Shown here: in pieces, positions 30,480 to 39,857 of the stretch
How positions within the stretch are numbered: position 1 is the stretch's first letter
Layout: each line of letters begins with the position of its first letter
NCBI GenBank assembly: GCA_910589595.1
Contig: CAJUTM010000011.1
Coordinates: 11,054-75,053 of the forward strand
Reading direction: 5' to 3'
Source of the DNA: an uncultured Eubacterium sp.
GTDB taxonomy: Bacteria > Bacillota > Clostridia > Lachnospirales > Lachnospiraceae
Length of the DNA stretch: 64,000 bases
Position numbers and translations under genes: made by a program
The notes under the pieces: generated by a model
Told to the model about the DNA's origin: nothing
What the model saw: only the letters and a program-made list of their open reading frames with translations
Database searches by the model: none

Positions 30480-31339
30480 TCATTGCTCCTATCCCAAAAA
30501 GCTTTTAAATGATTGCCGGCATTGCAATGAATAATCTCTCCGGAAATGCATTTAGCAGCGTCGCTGATTAAAAAACAGGCAACTTCTGAAATCTCCTCTG
30601 GTAAAAAAGTGCGTCCGGAAGCACAATCACGCGATAGATTCCCATCCGATGTATCTGCATACTCTTTTACCATATCAGTAAGGGTAACTCCGGGGGCAAT
30701 TGCATTGACACGTATTCCACTCTTATATACCCTCCTTGAAAATGCACCTACCAAACTATTTAATGCTGATTTCGTCAGACCATAAGGAATATCATAACAT
30801 TGATTTCCTGTCTCAGATGTTATATATAAAAGATTTCCTTCTGGATTGTCCTCTTTTAACTTCATTTCAAGAAATCCCCTGCCAAGAAAATAACCGCCTC
30901 GAAAATTAGTGTTAAATTGTTTGTCAAATCCTTTCACTGTTACATTTGAAAAATGATTTTCATGCAAAGATACTCCCGCATTACTAACAAGACAATCAAT
31001 CGTACCATTCAAAGCATTTCTTGACGATTCCAGAAAATCAGAAATCTGTTCAACCTCACAGACATCAAATACAACCGGCCGACAGTTTATCCCAAGTTCA
31101 GAAGCAGCTTTTTCCAAACGATTCTGATTTCTTCCGCTTATAACAACTTGCGCACCCTCTGATATAAATTTTTCAGCCATTGCATATCCAAGGCCACTTC
31201 CGCCGCCGGTAATTATAATTTTTTTATCTTTTAAAATGCCGCCATATTGAATTTGCGCTATTTCCACTTTTGTAAATGTATCTGGCTGTGATGCTAATAC
31301 AAATTTAGCAATTTTTCGTATGAAACGCTTGTATCCCAT
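30476..31339 (-). CDS. SDR family oxidoreductase
   Basis: TGGGSGLG, SNAG, YGLTK and IRVNAIAPG motifs. Confidence 0.9.
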   Translation of the reverse strand: MGYKRFIRKIAKFVLASQPDTFTKVEIAQIQYGGILKDKKIIITGGGSGLGYAMAEKFISEGAQVVISGRNQNRLEKAASELGINCRPVVFDVCEVEQISDFLESSRNALNGTIDCLVSNAGVSLHENHFSNVTVKGFDKQFNTNFRGGYFLGRGFLEMKLKEDNPEGNLLYITSETGNQCYDIPYGLTKSALNSLVGAFSRRVYKSGIRVNAIAPGVTLTDMVKEYADTSDGNLSRDCASGRTFLPEEISEVACFLISDAAKCISGEIIHCNAGNHLKAFWDRSNE

Positions 31340-31360
31340 TAAGAATCCTCCTAAATTACA

Positions 31361-33130
31361 CTACTTCTTCAACATACCGGCAATCTTCTGCGCCTTTTCC
31401 TGTCCAATCGTTTTCTTTATCAGCTCTTTACTTTTTCGGAGCGTTTCTGACTGAATATCTTTGGGCCGGCTCAAATCAAAGAAATCATAAATCGTCTCCG
31501 CGTCGGCTCTCATCTCCGTAAACACTTCGAGAAATACCGGACAATCAAGGTCTTCACGCATAAATTCTTTTAGCGTCTCCTGCATCGACGATTTATCACA
31601 GGCACTCAGATAGCGAAAATGGTTGGAAGTTACCCACCCCTCCGCCTTTGTCTTATGTCTGGCCGTCGTATGCCTGTCACTGGCTTCATTTTTCCACATA
31701 CGATTAAAATAAAATTCCGAGCCGCCTTCATTATTAATGAGAAGGACATGTACATTATTGTTAATGTGACGCAGCCGCATGGCATTCATATCATAGAAAA
31801 ACGCCAAATCACCAATCACCAGATAGGCCGGCTTATTTGTTGCCGCTGCCTGCCCGAGAAAGGAAGACAGACAACCATCAATACCGTGCGTACCAATGTT
31901 TGCATATACTTTAATATCCGGATTGAGACGAAAAAAATTCGTTATACGGATACTGTCATTGATACTGAGGTGTAAAATAGATTCGGAAGGTATCTTTTCT
32001 ACCACTTTCTTTATGGCATAAACGTGCGAATATGGAAAATCCGGATAGACTACCGAATCCACATATCCTTTCAAAGCATTATAATAGCTGCGGTTATTCA
32101 CGGACGTCTCTCCGGCATATTCACAGCAATAACGGAAGAAATACTCCGGACTGCATTCAAAGATTGTCGTTATGCTTTTGTATAAATCCACTACCCGACC
32201 ATCTTCCTGTACAAGCCAGTGCTCAAATTGGCCGGCAAATTTACGCAATTGCTCTTTTATCCCACTGAAAATATTGCCGCCATAAGAAATTACAATTTCC
32301 GGCAGAAATTCCTTTACTTTCTTTGGTATGGCATAGCGGGCATCCATACAAATATTAAGATTAAGCCCCTCCTGCAATTCCACATTTGACATATATTCCA
32401 CGGAAACCGCGGCGTTGAAACGGGCAAAAAAGGCAGTCAGATTTTCTTTCATTTTCTGACTGATAAAACTGCTTTGTCCGCATGTAACAAGAATCCTCTG
32501 CGCCTTTTTCAGTTTCTCTATTTTTTCATCCCACACATCACCGGAAGTCTCTAACTCCAGTCTGTCAATCTTTGTTACTTCCGGCAATTTTTTTATATTG
32601 AAAGAATTATTGTATGCTTTCATGGGAACATTAATATGCACCGGTCCGGTGCCATGATGGTTCAGTTCAAGAAGAGCCTCATTAATCAGCCGTTTACAGT
32701 AAATTTCATCATCCTGATTGTGAATAATCGGCAGATTAACAGATTTTCTAACGTGCCGGTCGTACATACCCACTTGGTCAATCATCTGGTCTTCCCACTG
32801 TCCGAGCATGGCGGGATTGCGGTCACTCGTGAGCACGACCAGAGGAACCCCCTGATAAAAGGCTTCCGCAACAGCCGGCCAGTAATTACACGTGGCAGTA
32901 GACGATGTACAGGAAATAACGACCGGTTCCTGTAATTCCTGCGCCAGTCCCAGCGCGAAATAGCCCGCGCTCCGCTCATCGACAACTGAATAACAGTGAA
33001 AATCCGAATCCTCTTCAATCGAGTGGACAAACGGTACATTACGGCTTCCCGCAGAAAGTACGCAATGACGGATACCATATTTTTTTAACAGAGCAATAAT
33101 AAACTGATAAACCTTCAATTCCGTGTACAT
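31361..33130 (-). CDS. MenD-like thiamine-diphosphate-dependent enzyme
   Basis: GSRN, DERSAGYFALG, CTS.TA, GIDG and ThDP motif GDLAFFYD..NNEGG. Confidence 0.85.
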   Translation of the reverse strand: MYTELKVYQFIIALLKKYGIRHCVLSAGSRNVPFVHSIEEDSDFHCYSVVDERSAGYFALGLAQELQEPVVISCTSSTATCNYWPAVAEAFYQGVPLVVLTSDRNPAMLGQWEDQMIDQVGMYDRHVRKSVNLPIIHNQDDEIYCKRLINEALLELNHHGTGPVHINVPMKAYNNSFNIKKLPEVTKIDRLELETSGDVWDEKIEKLKKAQRILVTCGQSSFISQKMKENLTAFFARFNAAVSVEYMSNVELQEGLNLNICMDARYAIPKKVKEFLPEIVISYGGNIFSGIKEQLRKFAGQFEHWLVQEDGRVVDLYKSITTIFECSPEYFFRYCCEYAGETSVNNRSYYNALKGYVDSVVYPDFPYSHVYAIKKVVEKIPSESILHLSINDSIRITNFFRLNPDIKVYANIGTHGIDGCLSSFLGQAAATNKPAYLVIGDLAFFYDMNAMRLRHINNNVHVLLINNEGGSEFYFNRMWKNEASDRHTTARHKTKAEGWVTSNHFRYLSACDKSSMQETLKEFMREDLDCPVFLEVFTEMRADAETIYDFFDLSRPKDIQSETLRKSKELIKKTIGQEKAQKIAGMLKK

Positions 33131-34236
33131 TGTTCCAGCTCCTTCTTTAAATATTCTCTCACACGCTCTCTTTCGGCATGAATAATATCATTCGTTTTCG
33201 CATAATCTATTGTCGTGGAAAGCATTTCTTCCAGTCTGTCCAAATTCTCGATTCTACGTTCCTGCAAACAAAGCCTGTCTAAAATATCCGTTAGCTTTTC
33301 GGCATTTCCATAACCGCTGCTTCTGACAAAAGAAACAAACTTTTGCTGCGTTATCACAGATAAAATAGTGCCATGAAAAGTATCGGTGACGATACAGGCA
33401 GCCTGTTGAAAATAGGTTATTACCTGAAACGGATTGCAATCAACGTATCGGTCGCAACACTGCTGTACGCCACCGATACAAAACACTTTCCAGCCGTTTT
33501 TATTCGCATATGCACGTATTTCTCTGCATTCTTCCGTTGTAAATCTCCCCGAATATCCGTACAAAATCATATAGTCGCTCTCCGGCACGGAAGCCGGAAT
33601 TTGTTCGCACCTGCCAATGAAATCATAGGCAAGAACGGGGTCGGGATGATACTCCGGCAAAATTCCTGTAAGTTCCTTAACGATGTTACCGCTATTTTTA
33701 TCTCTGACAGAAAGGGCGTCAAATCTTTTCAGCCACTGATTTACTTTTTCTTTTACCTTATATTTTTCCAAATCCGAAATCGTCGTATTGCCAAAAGAAG
33801 CCGCATAAGTAATCAATCTCCGCGCACGGTTCCCCTCACCAAACAATTCCGGTGAAAAGCCGACATTCGTGTTATCCTGCACACAATTAAAGACTTCGTC
33901 GCTGCCGATTACAAGCAAATCCAGTTCCGGCGCATAGTTTTTCTGCTCACCGATTTCCAGATAAGGATAATAATTTTTGCCATACTTTCTTTTATATTGT
34001 ATAAAACGAATTTTCTCTTTCAATGGAGCGTTAAGTTTGATAATTTCCGTGGCTTTTGATAATTTCCGCGCCATACCTTTGGAGCAGTCATCCTGAACAA
34101 GGCATTCACCGACACGATAGTCGACAAATTCGACCTTACATCCAAACTCCTCAAATATCTTTTTCAGTCCGTATGCCTGAAGGAAAGAACCATAATTTGC
34201 AATTCTCTGCATTGACAAAATCCCAACTCGAATCAT
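33115..34236 (-). CDS. Polysaccharide pyruvyl transferase family protein
   Basis: NYGSFLQAY, GSDEVFN, YAASFG, SVRD, DP and TDTFHG motifs. Confidence 0.85.
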   Translation of the reverse strand: MIRVGILSMQRIANYGSFLQAYGLKKIFEEFGCKVEFVDYRVGECLVQDDCSKGMARKLSKATEIIKLNAPLKEKIRFIQYKRKYGKNYYPYLEIGEQKNYAPELDLLVIGSDEVFNCVQDNTNVGFSPELFGEGNRARRLITYAASFGNTTISDLEKYKVKEKVNQWLKRFDALSVRDKNSGNIVKELTGILPEYHPDPVLAYDFIGRCEQIPASVPESDYMILYGYSGRFTTEECREIRAYANKNGWKVFCIGGVQQCCDRYVDCNPFQVITYFQQAACIVTDTFHGTILSVITQQKFVSFVRSSGYGNAEKLTDILDRLCLQERRIENLDRLEEMLSTTIDYAKTNDIIHAERERVREYLKKELEQCTRN

Positions 34237-34745
34237 TTCTTCTTCCTCTCCCTCATCAACTCGCCGACTATACTTTCCAGCTTCGCATTAAATTCCGCAT
34301 TATTACTGCTTTGTCCTGTCGTCATACCGGATACCCTGTCATTATAATTTAATATGATATCCTGCAGACAGGTAATATCTTCTACCGTTATAATATTCTT
34401 CTGCCTCTCTGCAACTGCTTTGGCAAACTCAACCTGATGGTCATTGACATGCTCGTCAAACTGCTTTTGACGTGGAACGACAATAGGAATCTTACCAACC
34501 TGCAGCGGCATGATGAAACTGGACGGTCCCCCGTGTGTAATAACAATACGCGCTTCCTCTACATACTTTACCATTTCCGGATAGGGAAACAATTTGCTCC
34601 ATGTGCAATACTGCGGCTCATATGTGCTATATCCAATCTGGATAATCACATCTTCCTCTATTATTTTATTCTCTTTTAACCTGTCCATATATTCCACTAA
34701 ACGGTTAAATGGCTGTTCATGCGTTCCTACCGTTACAAAAATCAT
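34233..34745 (-). CDS. Glycosyltransferase subunit, PssE/Cps14G (Alg13-like)
   Basis: MIFVTVGTHEQPFNRL, ITHGGP and EHVNDHQ motifs. Confidence 0.9.
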   Translation of the reverse strand: MIFVTVGTHEQPFNRLVEYMDRLKENKIIEEDVIIQIGYSTYEPQYCTWSKLFPYPEMVKYVEEARIVITHGGPSSFIMPLQVGKIPIVVPRQKQFDEHVNDHQVEFAKAVAERQKNIITVEDITCLQDIILNYNDRVSGMTTGQSSNNAEFNAKLESIVGELMRERKKK

Positions 34746-34767
34746 GCTTTCACTCCATGCCTGTTTA

Positions 34768-35217
34768 CTAAAAAATGCTCCCGAAGTTAATCGCTTTCGG
34801 GTAAACCTGTTTCATCTCTTCCCATTGGACAATAAATTTATCCGTGACCGGATAAACCATCTTCCCAGTCATAGTCGGTTTATCTATGCGGTCAAAAACT
34901 TCAATATATATTGTTTTTGCGCCAAATAATTTACCAAACCAAAAAAAAGGAACTGCCACAGCCGCTCCGGAAGAAATAATGAAATCCGGTCTCTCTTTTC
35001 TCAACAGTCGGATGGCAAGTGTCGTATTGATAAAAAGCGCCTTTAAACTCCGATTTGTCGGATAATAACAGGGGTACACCGTCTCGCCACTCAAAAGGCT
35101 CCTTGCATCCTCCTTATCAAACGTCACCCAGAAACGTTCTTTATTTTCCCAGAATGGCTTCAACATATACAAATGTGTCAAATGTCCTCCGGAAGAACCA
35201 ACAAAACAAACTTTCAT
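34768..35217 (-). CDS. Glycosyltransferase partner subunit, PssD/Cps14F (Alg14-like)
   Basis: GSSGGHL, SSGAAVAVPF and FIVQWE motifs. Confidence 0.9.
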   Translation of the reverse strand: MKVCFVGSSGGHLTHLYMLKPFWENKERFWVTFDKEDARSLLSGETVYPCYYPTNRSLKALFINTTLAIRLLRKERPDFIISSGAAVAVPFFWFGKLFGAKTIYIEVFDRIDKPTMTGKMVYPVTDKFIVQWEEMKQVYPKAINFGSIF

Positions 35218-35235
35218 CCGTCTACACCTCGCCTG

Positions 35236-36468
35236 TCAATCTCTTTGGAAAATATCTCTTGTGTACACTTTTTCTTTTACATCATCCAGACAGTAGTCAT
35301 ACCGGTTGGCAATAATAACCTGACTTTGTTCTTTAAAACATTTCAGGTCTTTCACAATCCGGCTCCCAAAAAAAGTTTCGCCCCCCTGAAAAGTCGGCTC
35401 ATAAATAATAATCTTCGCCCCTTTCGCCTTGAGACGTTTCATTACGCCCTGAATGGAACTCTGACGGAAATTATCGGAGTTGCTTTTCATCGTCAGACGA
35501 TATACACCAATCACAACTTCCTTTTCCTTACTCACACTCCATTCTTCATTTGCCTCATAAGCGCCGGCAAGCTCTAAAATGCGGTCGGCAATAAAATCCT
35601 TTCTCGTGCGGTTGCTCTCTACAATTGCTCCAATGAGGTTTTCCGGAACATCTGCATAATTGGCCAAGAGCTGTTTCGTATCTTTGGGCAGGCAATAGCC
35701 GCCATATCCGAAAGACGGATTATTATAATGCGTCCCTATCCTCGGGTCTAAACAGACGCCTTTGATAATAGCCTGCGTATCCAGTCCTTTCATTTCCGCA
35801 TAAGTATCCAGTTCATTAAAATAGGAAACCCGCAACGCCAGATAGGTGTTCGCAAAAAGTTTCACCGCCTCTGCTTCCGTAAACTCCATAAACAGCGTAT
35901 CTATATCATCCTTTGCCGCTCCCTCTCTTAATAATGCGGCGAAAGTTTCTGCTGCCTCTCTCGTTTCCCCGTCACAGCCAACAATAATACGGCTGGGATA
36001 CAGATTATCATATAACGCTTTTGTCTCACGTAAAAATTCCGGACTAAAAAGGATATTCCTGCTGCCTGTCTTTTCTCTGATTGCTTTCGTATATCCGACC
36101 GGAATTGTCGATTTAATAATTATGGCGGCATTGGGATTATATTTCAGCGCCAAATTAAGTACCTGTTCTACCGCAGATGTATCGAAAAAATTCCTTTTCG
36201 AATCGTAATTTGTCGGTGCGGCAATGATAATAAAATCAGCGTCAGTATAAGCCTCTCCGGCATCTAATGTCGCCGTTAAATCCAACTCTTTTTCCGCCAT
36301 GTATTTCTCAATATATTCGTCCTGAATAGGAGATTTTCTATCATTAATCTGCTGCACTTTTTCGGGTACGATATCAAGCGCATACACTTTGTTATACTGT
36401 GCCAGCAGTGTGGCAATTGATAATCCGACATAGCCGGTACCTGCTACGGCAATTTTATACTTTTTCAT
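35236..36468 (-). CDS. ugd: UDP-glucose 6-dehydrogenase
   Basis: [32 protein letters not shown] and DNFRQS motifs. Confidence 0.93.
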   Translation of the reverse strand: MKKYKIAVAGTGYVGLSIATLLAQYNKVYALDIVPEKVQQINDRKSPIQDEYIEKYMAEKELDLTATLDAGEAYTDADFIIIAAPTNYDSKRNFFDTSAVEQVLNLALKYNPNAAIIIKSTIPVGYTKAIREKTGSRNILFSPEFLRETKALYDNLYPSRIIVGCDGETREAAETFAALLREGAAKDDIDTLFMEFTEAEAVKLFANTYLALRVSYFNELDTYAEMKGLDTQAIIKGVCLDPRIGTHYNNPSFGYGGYCLPKDTKQLLANYADVPENLIGAIVESNRTRKDFIADRILELAGAYEANEEWSVSKEKEVVIGVYRLTMKSNSDNFRQSSIQGVMKRLKAKGAKIIIYEPTFQGGETFFGSRIVKDLKCFKEQSQVIIANRYDYCLDDVKEKVYTRDIFQRD

Positions 36469-36521
36469 ACTCGCATCTCCCTTCAAAACGTTTCATTTTA
36501 CAACTTTGTTATTGCGTAAGC

Positions 36522-37568
36522 TTACATATAAAATTCTTTATACCACTCGGCAAATTTACGAAGTCCCTCCCGCAGACTGGTATCCGGCTTATATCCAAAA
36601 TCTCTTTTCAGGGCGGAAGTATCGGCATATGTGACGGGAACATCTCCTGCCTGCATAGGAACGAGTTCCTTATGCGCAGTAAAATCAAAATCTTCGGGAA
36701 GCACCCCCGCCCTCACAAGCTCTTCCTGAAGAATCTGCACAAAATCAAGAAGATTTTCCGGCCTGCTGTTTCCAATATTGTATACGGCATATGGCGGAAC
36801 GGGAAGACCGTCGGCTCCATTTTCTTTTTCCGGCGCACCTTTCATAACACATATCACACCCTCAACAATATCGTCAATATAAGTAAAATCCCGCTTACAT
36901 TTTCCGTAGTTAAATATCTGAATCGTTTCTCCCCTGAGCAATTTGTCCGTAAAACCAAAATAGGCCATATCCGGACGCCCTGCCGGCCCATATACGGTAA
37001 AAAAACGCAATCCGGTGGCAGGAATATTATACAATTTCGAATAGGCGTGCGCCATCAGTTCATTACTCTTTTTCGTAGCTGCATACAATGACACCGGACA
37101 ATCGACCTTGTCCTCCGTCGAATAAGGTATCTTTTGATTCGCACCATAGACAGAAGAGCTGGAAGCATATACCAGATGTTCCACCGGATAATTCCGGCAT
37201 CCCTCTAAAATATTATAAAATCCAATTAAATTACTCTCTATATAAGTATCCGGATTTGAAATGGAATAACGAACACCGGCCTGCGCCCCAAGATGAACAA
37301 CTACAGAGGGACTATATTCTTCAAATATCGAAAAAACTAATTTCTTATCAGAGAAATCTCCTTTTATAAATATGAAATTATCCTTATCGGAAATTTCTGA
37401 AATTCTTGCCTCCTTTAAACGGACATCATAGTAGTCATTCATATTATCTAAGCCAATAACTTTTAGCTTGTCCATATCGTTTAAAAGCTTTTTGGCTAAA
37501 TTAGCACCGATAAAACCGGCTGCTCCGGTAATTAAAATTGTTTTATTCGCCAAATCAATGTTCTGCAA
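36522..37568 (-). CDS. NAD-dependent epimerase, UDP-glucuronate 4-epimerase-like
   Basis: TGAAGFIG, AQAGVRYS, YAATKK and FFTVYGPAGRPDMA motifs. Confidence 0.88.
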   Translation of the reverse strand: MQNIDLANKTILITGAAGFIGANLAKKLLNDMDKLKVIGLDNMNDYYDVRLKEARISEISDKDNFIFIKGDFSDKKLVFSIFEEYSPSVVVHLGAQAGVRYSISNPDTYIESNLIGFYNILEGCRNYPVEHLVYASSSSVYGANQKIPYSTEDKVDCPVSLYAATKKSNELMAHAYSKLYNIPATGLRFFTVYGPAGRPDMAYFGFTDKLLRGETIQIFNYGKCKRDFTYIDDIVEGVICVMKGAPEKENGADGLPVPPYAVYNIGNSRPENLLDFVQILQEELVRAGVLPEDFDFTAHKELVPMQAGDVPVTYADTSALKRDFGYKPDTSLREGLRKFAEWYKEFYM

Positions 37569-37582
37569 CGTAATTCTCCATT

Positions 37583-38311
37583 CTATTCCTCTCCATTTTC
37601 CGAGCCATAAGTGCCGTAATACTTACCATAGTATTTCCCATAATACTTACCGTAGTATTTCCCGTAATAGCCTTTCTTCTCCATCGGCACCTTATTGAGA
37701 ACCGCTCCGAGAATCTTACAGTTACTCTGCTCGAGCTGAGCTTTCACTCCCTGTGCAAAGCGGTAGCTGATAGCGTTATCTTCAACGACAAGAATCACAC
37801 CGTCTGTCTGCTGGGCAACGATGGCGGCATCAATAACCGAGCCAAGCGGCGGGCAGTCAATGAGCACATAGTCATACTCTTTACGAAACTTTTCTATTGT
37901 TTTCTGAAACTTCTCGGTACCGAGCAGCTCAGCAGGATTTGGCGCATACGGCCCCGACAGTATCAAATGCATGTTTTCCACATTCGTCTCGTGAAGCGCT
38001 TCGTCAAGCTCTGCCTGTCCGGCTAAAAAGTTCGTCAGTCCTGCTTCCACGGCGCCGATTTTGTATCGGCCGACAAGAACGGATTTTCGCAAATCCGCGT
38101 CAATCAATAACACTTTTTTATCATTCTCGGCAAACGAACGGGCCAGATTAAAAGTAACGTTACTTTTTCCCTCATTCGGGGTACAGCTCGTAAAGGCAAT
38201 TACCTTAATATCGTCTCCGCTAAATTGTATGTTGGTACGAAGTGTTTTAAATGCCTCATTCGCACGATAAGACAACTCGTCCAGTTTTGCAAATTCCATC
38301 TTCTTCATCAC
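37583..38311 (-). CDS. cpsD: CpsD/CapB-type tyrosine autokinase
   Basis: Walker A PNEGKS, IDADLRK, IDCPP and C-terminal YYGK cluster. Confidence 0.92.
   Translation of the reverse strand: MMKKMEFAKLDELSYRANEAFKTLRTNIQFSGDDIKVIAFTSCTPNEGKSNVTFNLARSFAENDKKVLLIDADLRKSVLVGRYKIGAVEAGLTNFLAGQAELDEALHETNVENMHLILSGPYAPNPAELLGTEKFQKTIEKFRKEYDYVLIDCPPLGSVIDAAIVAQQTDGVILVVEDNAISYRFAQGVKAQLEQSNCKILGAVLNKVPMEKKGYYGKYYGKYYGKYYGKYYGTYGSENGEE
37611..37670 (-). repeat. 12-bp coding tandem repeat (YYGK x4 + YYGT), tyrosine cluster
   Basis: Degenerate 12-mers in the cpsD 3' end. Confidence 0.85.
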
Positions 38312-39078
38312 TTCTTACCTCCCTTGTGGTTTGCTTTTCTCTTTCTCTTCTTCGCCGCCTGTTTCGCCATCTCCTCACGCTGCTCTTCTTTCAGTGCGTT
38401 TTCCTCGATTGGCAGAATACCAAGTGTGTTCAGGCCGAGATAGCGCTCGACATCTTCCGAAGATTTAATCGTATCATCGAGCATATGACGGATAATAACA
38501 ACGGCACATGCCAGAATAATTCCCAAAATACCGGCAATCATTGCGTTTCTTGTCGTCGTCGGACTCGTCTTTCGCTCTGCCACATGTCCCTCTTCAATAA
38601 TGCCCGGCTCATTAATGTCCATTAAATGGGCAATACGTTTCCGTGAAACCTGCGCATACTGGTCTACAATCTGCTTTGCCAGCGTCGGGTCCGGATTAGT
38701 AACCGAAATTGACAAAATACGGGTGTCCGTAGGATTCTCCACAGTTGTCACGGCAAGCAGCTCTTCATAAGTCATGTCAAGCTCCAGATTGTCAATTACC
38801 TGCTCAACTACCGGACGGCTCTTTGTGACAACGATATAGTCCTGTGTCAACTGCGTTCCGATTGCCAAATCAGACAGAGAGGCAATACTTGTCGTATTGC
38901 TCAGGATACAGAGTTGTGTCGTCGATGTGTAAATCGGCGTCACAACAAACTTACAAAATACACCGGCAGCGCCGGCAAACAGGACGCCAGTCAAAACAAT
39001 CAGCCAGAGACGGGACATCAGCACTCCAAATATCTCCAGCAAATCAATTTCCATTTCGTCTTGGGATTTCGCATTCAT
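38308..39078 (-). CDS. cpsC: CpsC/Wzz chain-length regulator
   Basis: EIDLLE, P.YTSTT and SP..RN motifs, two TM helices, DDTIKS. Confidence 0.88.
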   Translation of the reverse strand: MNAKSQDEMEIDLLEIFGVLMSRLWLIVLTGVLFAGAAGVFCKFVVTPIYTSTTQLCILSNTTSIASLSDLAIGTQLTQDYIVVTKSRPVVEQVIDNLELDMTYEELLAVTTVENPTDTRILSISVTNPDPTLAKQIVDQYAQVSRKRIAHLMDINEPGIIEEGHVAERKTSPTTTRNAMIAGILGIILACAVVIIRHMLDDTIKSSEDVERYLGLNTLGILPIEENALKEEQREEMAKQAAKKRKRKANHKGGKK

Positions 39079-39128
39079 TTTTTACTGTTTCCTCCATTCA
39101 ATTCTCTTGTTCATTATCTTATTTTATG

Positions 39129-39857
39129 CTACAAATATTTTTTTTCAAAAATATAAGTTCCATTTTTCATGGTCAATTCGTCTGCCATCTGTTTCCCACA
39201 CAATTTTACGATGGTTTCATATGGCTCCCGCATTTTCGGCGGGCGTTCGCTATCGTTGTGACAATCGCTTCCGAGAAAATGCACAAATCCGTTCTGCACC
39301 ATTTTCCGGCAGAGTTTTACTCTCTTGTCAAAACGCTTGCCCAAGAGGCTGCGGCTGTTCATCTGCATGACGGCACCCATTTTCATCAATTCACAGAGGC
39401 GGTCATACTCCCTCATCAGACACTCGTAGCGCTCCACGTGGGCGATAACCGGTATCAGGCCCTCGCGTATCAGGGAAGCGATGGCGTCTTCGATTTCGCG
39501 GTACGGACTCCTCGGAAAGAACTCGACAAGCAGATACTGGCTGTCCGCCATTGTCAGAATATCACCTTTTTTATAAGCGTCGATAATCCCCGGAGAATAG
39601 AGCACTTCGCAGCCGGTATACAACGTAATCTCCGGCGCTGCTTTCTTCGCATGTTCATTCGCCTCGGCGACCAGCTCGCGAATTTTATCCGCCTGCTGAT
39701 AATTCTGCTCCATATCAAAATGGGGAGTTGCTATCACATGGGTGACGCCCTGCTCACGCTGCATTTGCAGCATGCGCTCCGTCTGTTCCCAGTTCTTCGA
39801 ACCGTCGTCAATGGCCGGCAAAATATGGCTGTGAATATCAATAAATCCCTGCTCCAT
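39129..39857 (-). CDS. cpsB: CpsB/CapC PHP-family tyrosine phosphatase
   Basis: DIHSHILPAIDDG, ATPH, IAHVERY and GSDCHN motifs. Confidence 0.92.
   Translation of the reverse strand: MEQGFIDIHSHILPAIDDGSKNWEQTERMLQMQREQGVTHVIATPHFDMEQNYQQADKIRELVAEANEHAKKAAPEITLYTGCEVLYSPGIIDAYKKGDILTMADSQYLLVEFFPRSPYREIEDAIASLIREGLIPVIAHVERYECLMREYDRLCELMKMGAVMQMNSRSLLGKRFDKRVKLCRKMVQNGFVHFLGSDCHNDSERPPKMREPYETIVKLCGKQMADELTMKNGTYIFEKKYL

Noticed and set aside
31361..33130. Menaquinone biosynthesis gene menD
   Set aside because: No menF/H/C/E/B nearby, the substrate-binding motif is altered, and it is embedded in an EPS operon; symbol withheld.
37611..37670. 12-bp repeats as a contingency locus
   Set aside because: They encode the normal BY-kinase tyrosine cluster and are degenerate at the DNA level.
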